From positions 1 through 38,056 of the IMG/VR virus record IMGVR_UViG_3300044949_001698: a stretch of 38,056 bases of DNA; one strand, given 5' to 3'. The position numbers and the translations under genes are program-made. Below, piece after piece: positions 7,737-17,000 of the stretch (position 1 is its first letter; each line of letters opens with the position of its first letter). This stretch comes from a virus. Lineage: Duplodnaviria; Caudoviricetes. Below the pieces are notes generated by a model, which was given only the letters and a program-made list of their open reading frames with translations, ran no database searches and was not told where the DNA came from.

Positions 7737-8750
7737 GTGTTGAGGGTGCTTGGCTTCTACCGTCACGCTTGGCCTGTCCAGCGGGGTGGCTCCGAGGTTG
7801 CCGCACACAGGGTGTTGTCGTGGCTCGCTGACCGCGGCCATGACGTGTCGGCGGTGGTCACGCATCAGCGTGGCATCCCGACGGACGGCGTGAACTACCT
7901 GTACGGCAACCGTCGGGCGGTGATAAACGCCTGGTCGCAAGCGGATGTGGTGCTGACCCATCAGTCGGCGTCCGGTGAGGCCGTCGAGTTGTCTGAGCAG
8001 TACGGGGTTCCTGTGTTGCATTGGTCGCACAACTGGCAGTGGTTCGACGCGTGGCGTGACCGGCTCCGACCGGGGCGGGATGTGGTGGCGTGGAATAGCT
8101 ACACGCTGGCGGCGCATGAGAGCCAGTGGAAGGGCCGCAGCATCGTGTTGCGGCCACCTGTGTTCCCTGAGCGGTATCAGCGGTCGACCGGTGACCGGGT
8201 GACGCAGGTGAACTTGAACCGGTTGAAGGGCGGGGAGTTGTTCTGGAACGTCGCCGCCGAACTTCCCGACATGCGGTTCATGGCGGTGGTTGGCGGATGG
8301 ATGGAACAGCTTGACCGTTCCGGTCAGGCGCACCATCCGAAGCATGCGGTGCAGCCGTTGGCTGCGACCGCCCCGAAGCACGTTCAGATTCTCGGCACGA
8401 CTGAGGACATGGAGTCGGACGTGTGGCCGCAGACCCGTGTGCTGATCGTTCCGACCGGCCGGGTGAACGACCGTCAGACCGGCGAGTCGTGGGGGCTGGT
8501 CGCTGCCGAAGCGACGTGCTGTGGGATCCCGGTGGTGGCGACACGGTCACCTGGGATGGAGGAACTGCTCGACGGCACGGGGATCCTGTTGGACGACCCC
8601 GACGATGTCGGGGCGTGGGTCGAGGCGATCCGTGAGGCCGACACACACCACGACGTGTACGCCGACGACGCGTTGGACCGGGCGTTGGATCTCGACCCGA
8701 CCGACGAACTGATCCGGTTGGAAGACACCCTGTTGGAGATGGCGGGATGA
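7737..8750 (+). CDS. Glycosyltransferase, GT-B fold (GT4-like)
   Basis: N-terminal GGSE..AH...LADRGHDV, KGG, and C-terminal ESWGLVAAEATCCGIPVVATRSPGMEE (EX7E motif). Confidence 0.92.
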   Translation: MLRVLGFYRHAWPVQRGGSEVAAHRVLSWLADRGHDVSAVVTHQRGIPTDGVNYLYGNRRAVINAWSQADVVLTHQSASGEAVELSEQYGVPVLHWSHNWQWFDAWRDRLRPGRDVVAWNSYTLAAHESQWKGRSIVLRPPVFPERYQRSTGDRVTQVNLNRLKGGELFWNVAAELPDMRFMAVVGGWMEQLDRSGQAHHPKHAVQPLAATAPKHVQILGTTEDMESDVWPQTRVLIVPTGRVNDRQTGESWGLVAAEATCCGIPVVATRSPGMEELLDGTGILLDDPDDVGAWVEAIREADTHHDVYADDALDRALDLDPTDELIRLEDTLLEMAG

Positions 8751-9391
8751 TCTCGGCGGTTGTCCCGTACCGGCCGGCGTCGGGCCGTGCCGACGCTCAC
8801 GGTTTCGTGTGCGAGTGGCTGTCCCAGCACGTTGACGAGGTTGTCGTGTGCGACGACGGTGGCACCCCGTTCTCGCGAGGCTGTTCGATCAACGAAGGTG
8901 TCGGTCGCGCCGCTCACGACGTGTTGGTGATCTGTGACAGCGACCTTGTGGTGCCTGTCGAACAGTTGTACTTGGCGGTCATCAAGGTGTGTGCGTCCGG
9001 TGGGATGACACTGCCGTTTGACCGCTACCACTATCTGACCGGCGCGGCTTCGCTTGAGGTCATGGCCGGTGTTGCACCCACTCCTGAGACTCCACGCGAG
9101 TTCTCGATGAGTAGCTCGGTTGGTGGGGTGTGTGTGATCGACCGCAAGACGTTCAATCTGGTCGGCGGGTTCGACCCTCGACTCAGGGGTTGGGGTGGCG
9201 AGGACTACTGCTTCTGGTCGGCGGTTGACACGTTGTCCCAGGTGAACCGTGTCGAGGGTGTTCTTTACCACTTGTGGCATCCCGTTGACCCGGTTCGGCC
9301 CGCGGAAAACATGCAGGTGATGCAGGCGTACATGGATGCCCGCGGTGACCGTGACCGGATGCTTGAGCTGATCGGAGATCGGTCGTGTTGA
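8747..9391 (+). CDS. Glycosyltransferase, GT-A fold (GT2 / GT7-C-like)
   Basis: ISAVVPYR, FSRGCSINEG, DxD motif (DSD), GGFDPRLRGWGGED, HLWH. Confidence 0.92.
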   Translation: MISAVVPYRPASGRADAHGFVCEWLSQHVDEVVVCDDGGTPFSRGCSINEGVGRAAHDVLVICDSDLVVPVEQLYLAVIKVCASGGMTLPFDRYHYLTGAASLEVMAGVAPTPETPREFSMSSSVGGVCVIDRKTFNLVGGFDPRLRGWGGEDYCFWSAVDTLSQVNRVEGVLYHLWHPVDPVRPAENMQVMQAYMDARGDRDRMLELIGDRSC

Positions 9392-11265
9392 TCCACGTTG
9401 AGGACACGCTGCCAGGGTTGACCGGTCAGATCCGGTTGAACGGGTCACCGTTCAACCTGTCGGCTGGCACCACGTCGGTTGCGGTGAAGCTCGTTGGCCC
9501 CGGTGACGTGGTGATCGACGGTGCAGCGTCGAAGGGTGCTGGCACACAGGGGAACGTGAGCTACGCGTGGCAGGCGGGTGACACTGATGTCGCCGGCGTC
9601 TACTACGGGTCGTGGATCGTGACGACGGCGTCGGGGACGTTCACGCAGCCGGGTATCGACGTGGTGATCTACGACCCGGACGTGTTGTGGGCGAACACGG
9701 CGGCGGTTGAAGCGATCATCGGTCCGCAGTCGGATGTGGAACCGGTTGTTGGGGCGCTGGTGCAGGCGCAGCAGGCGATCGAGGCGTGGGTGACCCGTGA
9801 GATCCCTGATCCGGTGCCGGATCGTGTGCGTCGGGCGCATGCGATCATGGCGGCGCGGGTGGTGACCGGTCCGCAGTTCGGGCCGGGCGGGTCGGCTGGG
9901 GTGATTCAGGAGTCGATCGGCGATCACTCGGTTCGCTATGCGCGGCCGCAGGAAGCGGCGGCGGTGCTGGACCCGTCGATGCACCCGGAGGTGGTGAAGC
10001 TCCTCAAGCCGTGGGCTCCGACGAACTACACGTCCACGACCACCGATGAGGCTGGTGGGACGGGGGCGTCGAGGTCGGCTGAGGAGCGGTTGCCGGCGTC
10101 GCAGGTTGATTACACGTCGTCGGTGACGGTGTCGTCGGCGTTGGACGACCTGTACACCCAGGTCGGCCAGCCGGGTGTGACCGACCACGGTGCGCTCACC
10201 GGCCTCGGTGACGACGACCACCTGTTGTACGAGCCGACAACGAACACGTTGAACGTGTCGGGGTCGATCACGGTCACCACACAGACGCGTGTGTTGATGG
10301 CTGCCGGTGGGGCGCTCACGCTTCCGGGTGCTGCGACCCGTCCCGGTGGCAGGACGCTGACCGTCCTCGCATCCGGTGGAACGGTCACGGTGACTGCTGC
10401 CGGGGCCGACAACGTGCTGTCCCCCGGTCAAACGGTGCTGGAGATGCCGCAGGGTTCGGTTGTCAGGTTGGCACCCGTTGACCTGAGCGTTGTCTCGCCG
10501 GGCCTGTGGATATGGGCGGTGATCGACGGATACGGAAGCGCGTTTGATCTGCCCGCCTACTACAACCCGGCAACCGGCAACGCAACCGCAACCCAAGGTC
10601 ATGTCGTCAAGATGGGTGCGACCGCACCCGAATGGGGGGCGGTCCCCGCACCTTCGGCGTCGGACATCACCAGCGGCACCCTCGCCTACGGGCGTCTCCC
10701 TGTCGGCACCACATCCAACACGGTGGCAGCAGGCAACGACGCCCGGCTGTCGCGCCCGCCGTCGCTGCTGGTGTCAGGCCAGTACACGTCCGGGTCGAGC
10801 GTCTCAACCGGCAACGCAGGCGTGACAGCGAACCGTCTGTACTACCAGCCGATCTACGTCCCACGAACCGTGACAGTTGATCGGATCGCGGTGAACCACG
10901 CAGCAACCACCGCTGGTGCCGGGTCGGTCATGCGGCTCGGGATCTACACCTCAACCAACGACCTGCCATCCACGCTGCTCCTCGACGCTGGCACCGTTGA
11001 CCTGACGACCGCTGCCGCGTTGAAGACCGTCACGATCAACCAGCAGTTGACCGCCGGGATCTACTGGCTCGCTGCGGTCGGCCAGATCACCAGCGGGTCG
11101 CCGACGTTCGCCACCGGCAACCCCGGCATGCACGTCCCCGACGCCGGCGGCACGTTCACCGGAGTCAAGTTCGAAGGTGGTGTCACCGGTTCGCTGCCAG
11201 CGACCGCGACCCCTGGCACGTCGAACACGACGCAACCCCCGCTCATCTACTTGAGGATCGTGTGA
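9385..11265 (+). CDS. Fusion protein: BppU-N-like domain + head-tail adaptor + fibre-like C-terminal region
   Basis: aa ~1-95 resemble BppU-N (GNVSYAWQAGDTDVAGVYYG). aa ~100-212 resemble an adaptor (AQQAIEAW, VPDRVRRA, QESIGDHSVRY, LLKPW). Then fibre motifs DHGALTGLGDDDH and ASDITSGTL..GRLP.GTT..TVAAGNDARLS, and a beta-sandwich-like tip. Occupies the adaptor position before the head-closure gene. Confidence 0.7.
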   Translation: MLIHVEDTLPGLTGQIRLNGSPFNLSAGTTSVAVKLVGPGDVVIDGAASKGAGTQGNVSYAWQAGDTDVAGVYYGSWIVTTASGTFTQPGIDVVIYDPDVLWANTAAVEAIIGPQSDVEPVVGALVQAQQAIEAWVTREIPDPVPDRVRRAHAIMAARVVTGPQFGPGGSAGVIQESIGDHSVRYARPQEAAAVLDPSMHPEVVKLLKPWAPTNYTSTTTDEAGGTGASRSAEERLPASQVDYTSSVTVSSALDDLYTQVGQPGVTDHGALTGLGDDDHLLYEPTTNTLNVSGSITVTTQTRVLMAAGGALTLPGAATRPGGRTLTVLASGGTVTVTAAGADNVLSPGQTVLEMPQGSVVRLAPVDLSVVSPGLWIWAVIDGYGSAFDLPAYYNPATGNATATQGHVVKMGATAPEWGAVPAPSASDITSGTLAYGRLPVGTTSNTVAAGNDARLSRPPSLLVSGQYTSGSSVSTGNAGVTANRLYYQPIYVPRTVTVDRIAVNHAATTAGAGSVMRLGIYTSTNDLPSTLLLDAGTVDLTTAAALKTVTINQQLTAGIYWLAAVGQITSGSPTFATGNPGMHVPDAGGTFTGVKFEGGVTGSLPATATPGTSNTTQPPLIYLRIV

Positions 11266-11465
11266 TGCTGCGAATCGAAACGTACAACGGCGGGATCCTC
11301 CAGTCGGTTGAGGAGATCCCGACGGTCCCGCAACCGTTGGAGCCCGCCGGGCGGATCGCGACGCTCCTCGCCGTGTTGGAGCTGGTGCCGTTGTCGGACG
11401 CTGCGGCTGTCGCTGGACTTCCCGAACAAGCCCTTGTGGATGAGGCGTTGGCGTGGGGTCTGTGA
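11262..11465 (+). CDS. Small hypothetical protein (possible fibre partner/chaperone)
   Basis: 67 aa, coupled to the upstream stop. Function inferred from position only. Confidence 0.6.
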   Translation: MMLRIETYNGGILQSVEEIPTVPQPLEPAGRIATLLAVLELVPLSDAAAVAGLPEQALVDEALAWGL

Positions 11466-11471
11466 GTTCGT

Positions 11472-11512
11472 CGGCGCGGGTCGGCGCAAGTCCCCTGCAT
11501 CGACCCGCGCCG
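11472..11512 (+). other. Intergenic stem-loop
   Basis: Perfect 12-bp stem CGGCGCGGGTCG/CGACCCGCGCCG; no U tract. Confidence 0.65.
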
Positions 11513-11529
11513 GCATGTGAGGTGCTGCC

Positions 11530-11865
11530 GTGAGCCTCTCGACGCCGTTGACGAAGACCGTCACGTTGCATGAGCCGACACGGCCAACTGTTGACGTGTA
11601 CAACCAGCCGCAAGTCACCTGGGTGGATCATCCGGTCGACTGCTACTACCGGCGGCTGTACTCCGACGACGCCGACGGTGTCGGTGTGATCGTCACCGAG
11701 ACATACCAGATGTACCTCCCTGCGGGCACCGACGTGGCCGACGACTGGGAAGTCACCCTCGACGGGAAGCGGTACGCCGTCGTCGGCGACGTTCACCGCC
11801 AGTGGAACCCTCGCACACAGTCCGTCGAGTACGTCTCGATCACGGTCCGTCAGAGGCGTCTCTGA
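11530..11865 (+). CDS. Head closure / head-to-tail stopper
   Basis: 111 aa; DVYNQP...W, MYLPAGTDV...EVTLDGKRYAVVG pattern; synteny. Confidence 0.82.
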   Translation: MSLSTPLTKTVTLHEPTRPTVDVYNQPQVTWVDHPVDCYYRRLYSDDADGVGVIVTETYQMYLPAGTDVADDWEVTLDGKRYAVVGDVHRQWNPRTQSVEYVSITVRQRRL

Positions 11866-12413
11866 TGGCCGGTCAGGGCGAGTACCGGATCACAGGGGTG
11901 TGGCGGCAAGACATTCGCCGTGTCCGCCAGCAGATCTACGCGGTCGCTGGTGGAGGCCAGGAGATCCGTCAGATCGGTGAGGCTGTCGCATCTGCCGCTC
12001 AGGTGACAGCACAGTCCGCTGCGACGAGTTCGTCGGCTTCCCGGTCGGATCTGCTGCTCGTCCCGACACAGGTGTCGTTCAAAGACATTCGCCAGTTCAC
12101 GATCAAGAAGAACGCGGCGGTGTCGAAGCGTGGCGACCAGATCCTGGTGGGTCTGGTTGTGGCCGACCATCCGTTGTCGATCGCGTTGGAGTTCGGTGCC
12201 CAAACCCGGCGGGGGGCGATCAGCGCCGCAGGGTTCATGCGGTCAGCAGCGTTGAAGATCGCCGGCCGCGGCTACCGGTTCCAGCCTGCGAAACCGGATG
12301 AGCAGCAGAAGGCGTTGGCGAAAGCGCAGACGCAGGCGAACCGGGTGGCGAAGAAGGTGTCGGCCCGGAACCGGCGTGCAGCTCGGACCCGTTGGAAAGG
12401 CAATAGGAGGTAG
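11865..12413 (+). CDS. Neck / tail-completion protein (HK97 gp10-like)
   Basis: ALEFG...AGFMRSAA motif; lies between stopper and terminator; TGATG coupling; basic C-terminal extension. Confidence 0.7.
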   Translation: MAGQGEYRITGVWRQDIRRVRQQIYAVAGGGQEIRQIGEAVASAAQVTAQSAATSSSASRSDLLLVPTQVSFKDIRQFTIKKNAAVSKRGDQILVGLVVADHPLSIALEFGAQTRRGAISAAGFMRSAALKIAGRGYRFQPAKPDEQQKALAKAQTQANRVAKKVSARNRRAARTRWKGNRR

Positions 12414-12415
12414 CG

Positions 12416-12820
12416 GTGATCCCTGATTTCACGAAGATCATCGTCGCCCACCTGTCGTCTGACGAGACGATCACAGCAGACGTTTGGGGGCAGCGTCTGC
12501 CTGAGGGAACCGTTGAGTGGCCTGCGATTCGGGTGTCGATGCTGTCCGCTACCAACGCCGCTCCACCGGCGTCAAAGTGGTGGGAAGCACTATGCCAAGT
12601 GGATGTGTTCGCAGACACCGACGCAGAGGGCTGGCAACTCGTAGATGTCGTGCAGGAATCCCTGTTTGAGATCGACGGGGCGTCACAAGAGTTCGTCGTC
12701 GCAAAGGTTGCTTCGGCGGGCGTTCAGTACGTCAATGACCAAGGCTTCAAGCCGCCGGTCGGACGTTGGATCGTGTCCGTGATCGTCACGGCGCGGGACT
12801 TGACTTCGGGAGGAGTCTGA
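12416..12820 (+). CDS. Tail terminator protein
   Basis: 134 aa before the major tail gene; LP....WPAIRV, QVDVFA motifs; SD AGGAGG. Confidence 0.8.
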   Translation: MIPDFTKIIVAHLSSDETITADVWGQRLPEGTVEWPAIRVSMLSATNAAPPASKWWEALCQVDVFADTDAEGWQLVDVVQESLFEIDGASQEFVVAKVASAGVQYVNDQGFKPPVGRWIVSVIVTARDLTSGGV

Positions 12821-12821
12821 C

Positions 12822-13379
12822 ATGCCGATCAACGCTGATGAGGTCCGGGTCGCAGGAGCTGGACACGTCTACGTCGCCCCCGCAGGCACCGCGCTGCCCA
12901 CGTCGCCGTCGGCGGCTCTGAGCGCCGCATGGACCGACCTGGGGTACGTCACCGAGGACGGGGTCACGTTCACGTTCAACCGTGAGACGACCGACCTGAA
13001 CGCCTGGCAGGGCACGAAGCTGCGGGTGCTGACCACCAACGAGCCAGCCGAGGTCAGCTTCGCTCTCATGCAGAGCAACGACCTGACCCTGCCGGTCGTG
13101 TTCGGTGGCGGGACCGTCACCGAGCAGTCGTCCGGTGTGTACAAGTTCACGCCGCCGGCGTCGGGCACGAACACCGAGCGGGCGCTCGTCGTGGAGTTCT
13201 CCGACAACACCATCAACTACCGGTACTGCATCAGCCGGGTGCAGATCTCCGGTGAGGTGTCCTTCACCCTGACCCGCGGTGAGGCGCTGTCGTACCCGCT
13301 GACGTTCGGTGTCCTCGATGACGACCCGAAGTACGTCATCCTCACCGACGACTCGGCGTGGGATGTGACCACGTCGTGA
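12822..13379 (+). CDS. Major tail (tube) protein
   Basis: GHVYVAPAGTALPT, DLGYVTEDGVTF, AWQG motifs of actinophage tail tubes; strong codon bias; SD GGAGGAG. Confidence 0.93.
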   Translation: MPINADEVRVAGAGHVYVAPAGTALPTSPSAALSAAWTDLGYVTEDGVTFTFNRETTDLNAWQGTKLRVLTTNEPAEVSFALMQSNDLTLPVVFGGGTVTEQSSGVYKFTPPASGTNTERALVVEFSDNTINYRYCISRVQISGEVSFTLTRGEALSYPLTFGVLDDDPKYVILTDDSAWDVTTS

Positions 13380-13389
13380 GCGTGACCGA

Positions 13390-13434
13390 CCGGAGCCAGC
13401 GGAGGCGTCGCCGTAGACGCCGCCGCTGGCCCGG
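13390..13434 (+). other. Long GC stem-loop after the major tail gene (mRNA stabiliser/attenuator)
   Basis: GCCAGCGG-A-GGCGTC / GACGCC-G-CCGCTGGC, with flanking CCGG pairs. Confidence 0.6.
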
Positions 13435-13480
13435 CCGGCAACCCGAAGACCACCAGGAACCAACCGCAAAGGGGACAGTT

Positions 13481-13738
13481 ATGCGGCTCGCTGTGAGCTA
13501 CGAGGACGGCAACTCCGAGGAGTTGAAGGTCAAGCCGAAGCACATCGCGGCGTTCGAACAGGCCGGCTACAAGATGGACACCGCTGGCAGCCACATCTCA
13601 TGGCTGTACCGGCTGGCCTGGTTCGCGAAGGAGCAGCCGGGCACGTTCGAACAGTGGCTGGTGTCGCTGGAGGACGTGTCGTCTGCGGAGGACGAGCAGG
13701 TGGAGCCGGGCCCTACCACACCTGGGTCGCCCGGCTAG
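13481..13738 (+). CDS. Tail assembly chaperone (gpG-like)
   Basis: 85 aa between major tail and tape measure; SD AAAGGGGAC; AFE...LYRLAW...FEQWL pattern. Confidence 0.82.
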   Translation: MRLAVSYEDGNSEELKVKPKHIAAFEQAGYKMDTAGSHISWLYRLAWFAKEQPGTFEQWLVSLEDVSSAEDEQVEPGPTTPGSPG

Positions 13739-14034
13739 CTGTCCGCACCGGCCTCGACCCAGGAGTCCTCCTCAACAGCGAGGAGATGCTCGTAGAGGCG
13801 CTGGTTGCGGCGCTGGCAGAGAGAGACAAGCAGGAGGCCGAGACGTGGACAGTGGAGCGGGAGTTGCTCGCCACACTTGTCGAGGTCACGCACTCGCTGC
13901 TGCTTGTCACGTTGCGGGCGAACGGCGCGAAGTCGGTTGGGAAACCGATTCGTGTGCCTCGACCCGGCGACCCGGCCGGCGGTTCCGGTTCGGGTGCGAT
14001 GTCGATGGGGCAGTTCGTTGCGATGAACAAGTGA
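13481..14034 (+). CDS. Tail assembly chaperone, -1 frameshift product (gpGT-like)
   Basis: In-frame slippery heptamer G GGC CCT at 13708-13714. The -1 frame is open to 14034 and encodes VARLAVRTGLDP...LLATLVE...KPIRVPRPG. Confidence 0.75.
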
Positions 14035-14041
14035 GTGTCCG

Positions 14042-17000
14042 GTGGCGGTAGCGAACGCGCCGGTTGGCGGTCTGTACGTTGAGGTCAAACTTGATGCGAA
14101 GCAGGCGCTCCTCGGGTTTGATCAGCTCAAGGCGAAGGGCACTCAGGTCATCACCAGCCTGGGGGCGGTGTCGTCGGGGATTTCGAAGGCGATCGCTGCT
14201 GAGGTTGCGAAGTCGGAGAAGGAACTCCAGAAGCTCGCTCAGGTGGCGCAGCAGACAGCCCAGCAGGTCAACGCTGCGTTGGCGAAGCCGAAGACCCCGA
14301 AGACCCCGCTTGCGGCTGACCTTGCGAAGCTCCGCAACGGGATCACGGCGTCCGGGGCGTCCTCAAGTTTCATCAACAACCTGACTGCGGCCCGTGATGT
14401 TGGCGGGTTGCAGCAGTTGCAGCAGTCGTTGCGGGCGTTGCGGGCTGAGGCCGACAAGATCCGGGTCAACGCTGTTGACCCTCAGGACATCGCTGAGGCC
14501 GACCGGTTGCGGGCGAAGCTCGTCGGGTTGGAGAAGGCTGCGGCTGCTGGGGTGGCGAAGATCAACGCGCCACCGAAGCCGAACGTGCCGACTCCTCGGC
14601 CACCTCGACCGTCGACCCCTGGGGGTGGCGGGTTGCAGCCTGCCCGCGACGAAGCGCGGAAGACGCAGACACAGTTCCAAGAGACTGGGCAGGCTGCGTT
14701 GAGTTTGGCGTCGAACATTGGTGGTGTGTTCGGTGCGTTGCGCGCCGGGAACGTCGGGCAGGCGGCGTACTTCCTGTTCCGCAACATCGGGCAGGCGTTC
14801 ACGACGCTGTCGAAGGCCGGGCCGGTTGCAGCGGCGGCGATCCTCGCTGTGGTGGCCGCAGGTTCGGCGTTCATCATCTCGGCGGCTGCGGTCATCGGCT
14901 CGTTGAAGCAGATCGGCACCGCCGGCATCCAGGCTGGTAACGAGTTGCAGTCGTTGGAGATTTCGCTTCGGGCGAACCTCGGGACCGCCGGCGCTGAACG
15001 CGAACTCGGGTTTCTGACCGAACGGGCCGAGTCAAGCGTGTTCGACATCGCCGGCCTCACCGCGGTTGACCGCACACTCGTCGCGTACAACGTGTTGAAC
15101 GACGACATCCGGCAGGGTCTTCTCGACACACTCATCACGTTGGGGACTGTCGGCGGCAAGAACGTCGACCAGTTGCAGTTGGGTGCGGTCGCGCTCGGCC
15201 AGGCGTTCCAGTCCGGTGCCTTGCGTGGCACCGAGGTGTTGCAGCTCGTCAACTCGGTTGGTGTCGGGCTGGAGGTGTTCCAGGAGCTGTCCGAGTACGC
15301 CAACAAGACAAACGCCGAACTGCGGCAGCTACAGGAACAGGGGCTGTTGAAGTCAACCGACCTGTTTCGGGCGTTGGAGTTGCGGGCTGCATCGTTCGGT
15401 GGTGTTGCCGCTCAGGCCGCTCAGACCGTCAACGGCCAGTTGAGCAAGCTGCGGGAGGATCTGCCGGCTTCGATTGGCTTCCAGTTCCTTGAAGCAGGTG
15501 TGCAGGATCAGCTCACCAACCTGCTGTCCACCATCTACACGTTCCTGTCGAGCATCGACTTCGGGCCGGTCGCCGAAGGGTTCGCGACCTTCTTTTCGCA
15601 GCTCTCATCGGCAGCGTCAGGTTTCGTGAACAGCGGTGCAGGGGCAGGGATCAAGCTGTTCGTTGAAGGCATCCTGTCTGGTGTCTTGACATTTGCGTCC
15701 CGAGCGGTGGCGGCGTTTCAGGCGTTCGGTGTGGCGTTGCGACCGCTGCTGGAGCCTTTGCAGAGGGCATACGAAGGGTTCACTCTCTTGCGTAACGCCG
15801 GTGCTGACACCGGCGACGGATTCAACTTCCTCATCGACGCCATCGGGTTCCTCGCCAAGAACATCGCAGTTGGGTTGCAGGCGGTTGACGCACTTGTGGA
15901 TGCGTTCAAGGCGCTGGTCAAGTCCGGGTTGCAGGTCGGCGACGTGCTGTCGCTGGTGTTCGGTGCGTTCCGTAAGGCGTTGACCGGTGACTTCGTCGGG
16001 GCGAAAAACGATCTTCTTGCTGCCGGCAAGTTGGCGTTGCAGCCGTTCACGGATGTTGTCACCGAGTTCGCGTCTGACACACGAAGCGCGTTCGCTGACA
16101 TTGACGCTGTGATCGCCGACGCCAAGAGCATCCGGCGCGAAGCGCAATCCGAGTTTGATTCGCCGATCCTGGGTCGGATCGAGATTCCTGCACCGACAGG
16201 TCTTTCCGACGAGGAACAGGAGCGGCTGGAGAAAGAGGTTGAAGCCCGCAAGAAGTTCTTTGAAGACCTCGCCAAGAAACTAGAGGACGCCCGCAAGGAA
16301 CTGGAGGAGCTGACGGTCCGCTGGTTCGGGTTCCGGTCCGAACTGGAACGCGGGTTCCTCGGCGACAAGGGGTTCGAAGCGACCGCCGACCAGATCGCTG
16401 CGACCGGCCGAAAGGTCATCGAGATCCTGCGGGGCGTCGGACAGATCGCTGTCGCCGACGATGTGGAACGCGCCACGCTCCGCCTGATCGACCTGGCACG
16501 TCTCCGCGACGACTTCGCTGAGAAGCTGAAGGAAGCGGAGAAGAAGCTGGAGGATGCGATCTCGTCGCGTGACGGGTTCGCCAAGAGGATCCGTGAGCAG
16601 TCGATCGCGTTCGTCAACGCGTTCAAGCTGGAAGAAGAAGAAATCGAGAACGTCACTCGGATCGCTGGCGGTGGGATCGTCGGCTATCTGGTGTCGAAGA
16701 CGAAGGAAACGAAGTCGTTTGTTGCTTCGCTGCGGGAGCGTGTGGCGACGCTGCGGGAGTTCCGGGCGAACATCAACCTGCTGGCTGCGAGAGGGTTGGA
16801 TGCCGGGCTGTTGGAGCAGCTTGTGTCTGCGGGCCCGGAACAGGCTGGGGATGTCGTCAAGCAGTTGTCGCAGTCGGGCGACAGTGTGCTGCGTGAGGTG
16901 AACACACTCCAGAAGGAGGTGGGGGATCTCGCCACGAAGTACGGCGACGAGAACGCCCGCCGCTTCTACCAGGCGGGGGTCGACACGGCGCAGGCGCAGG

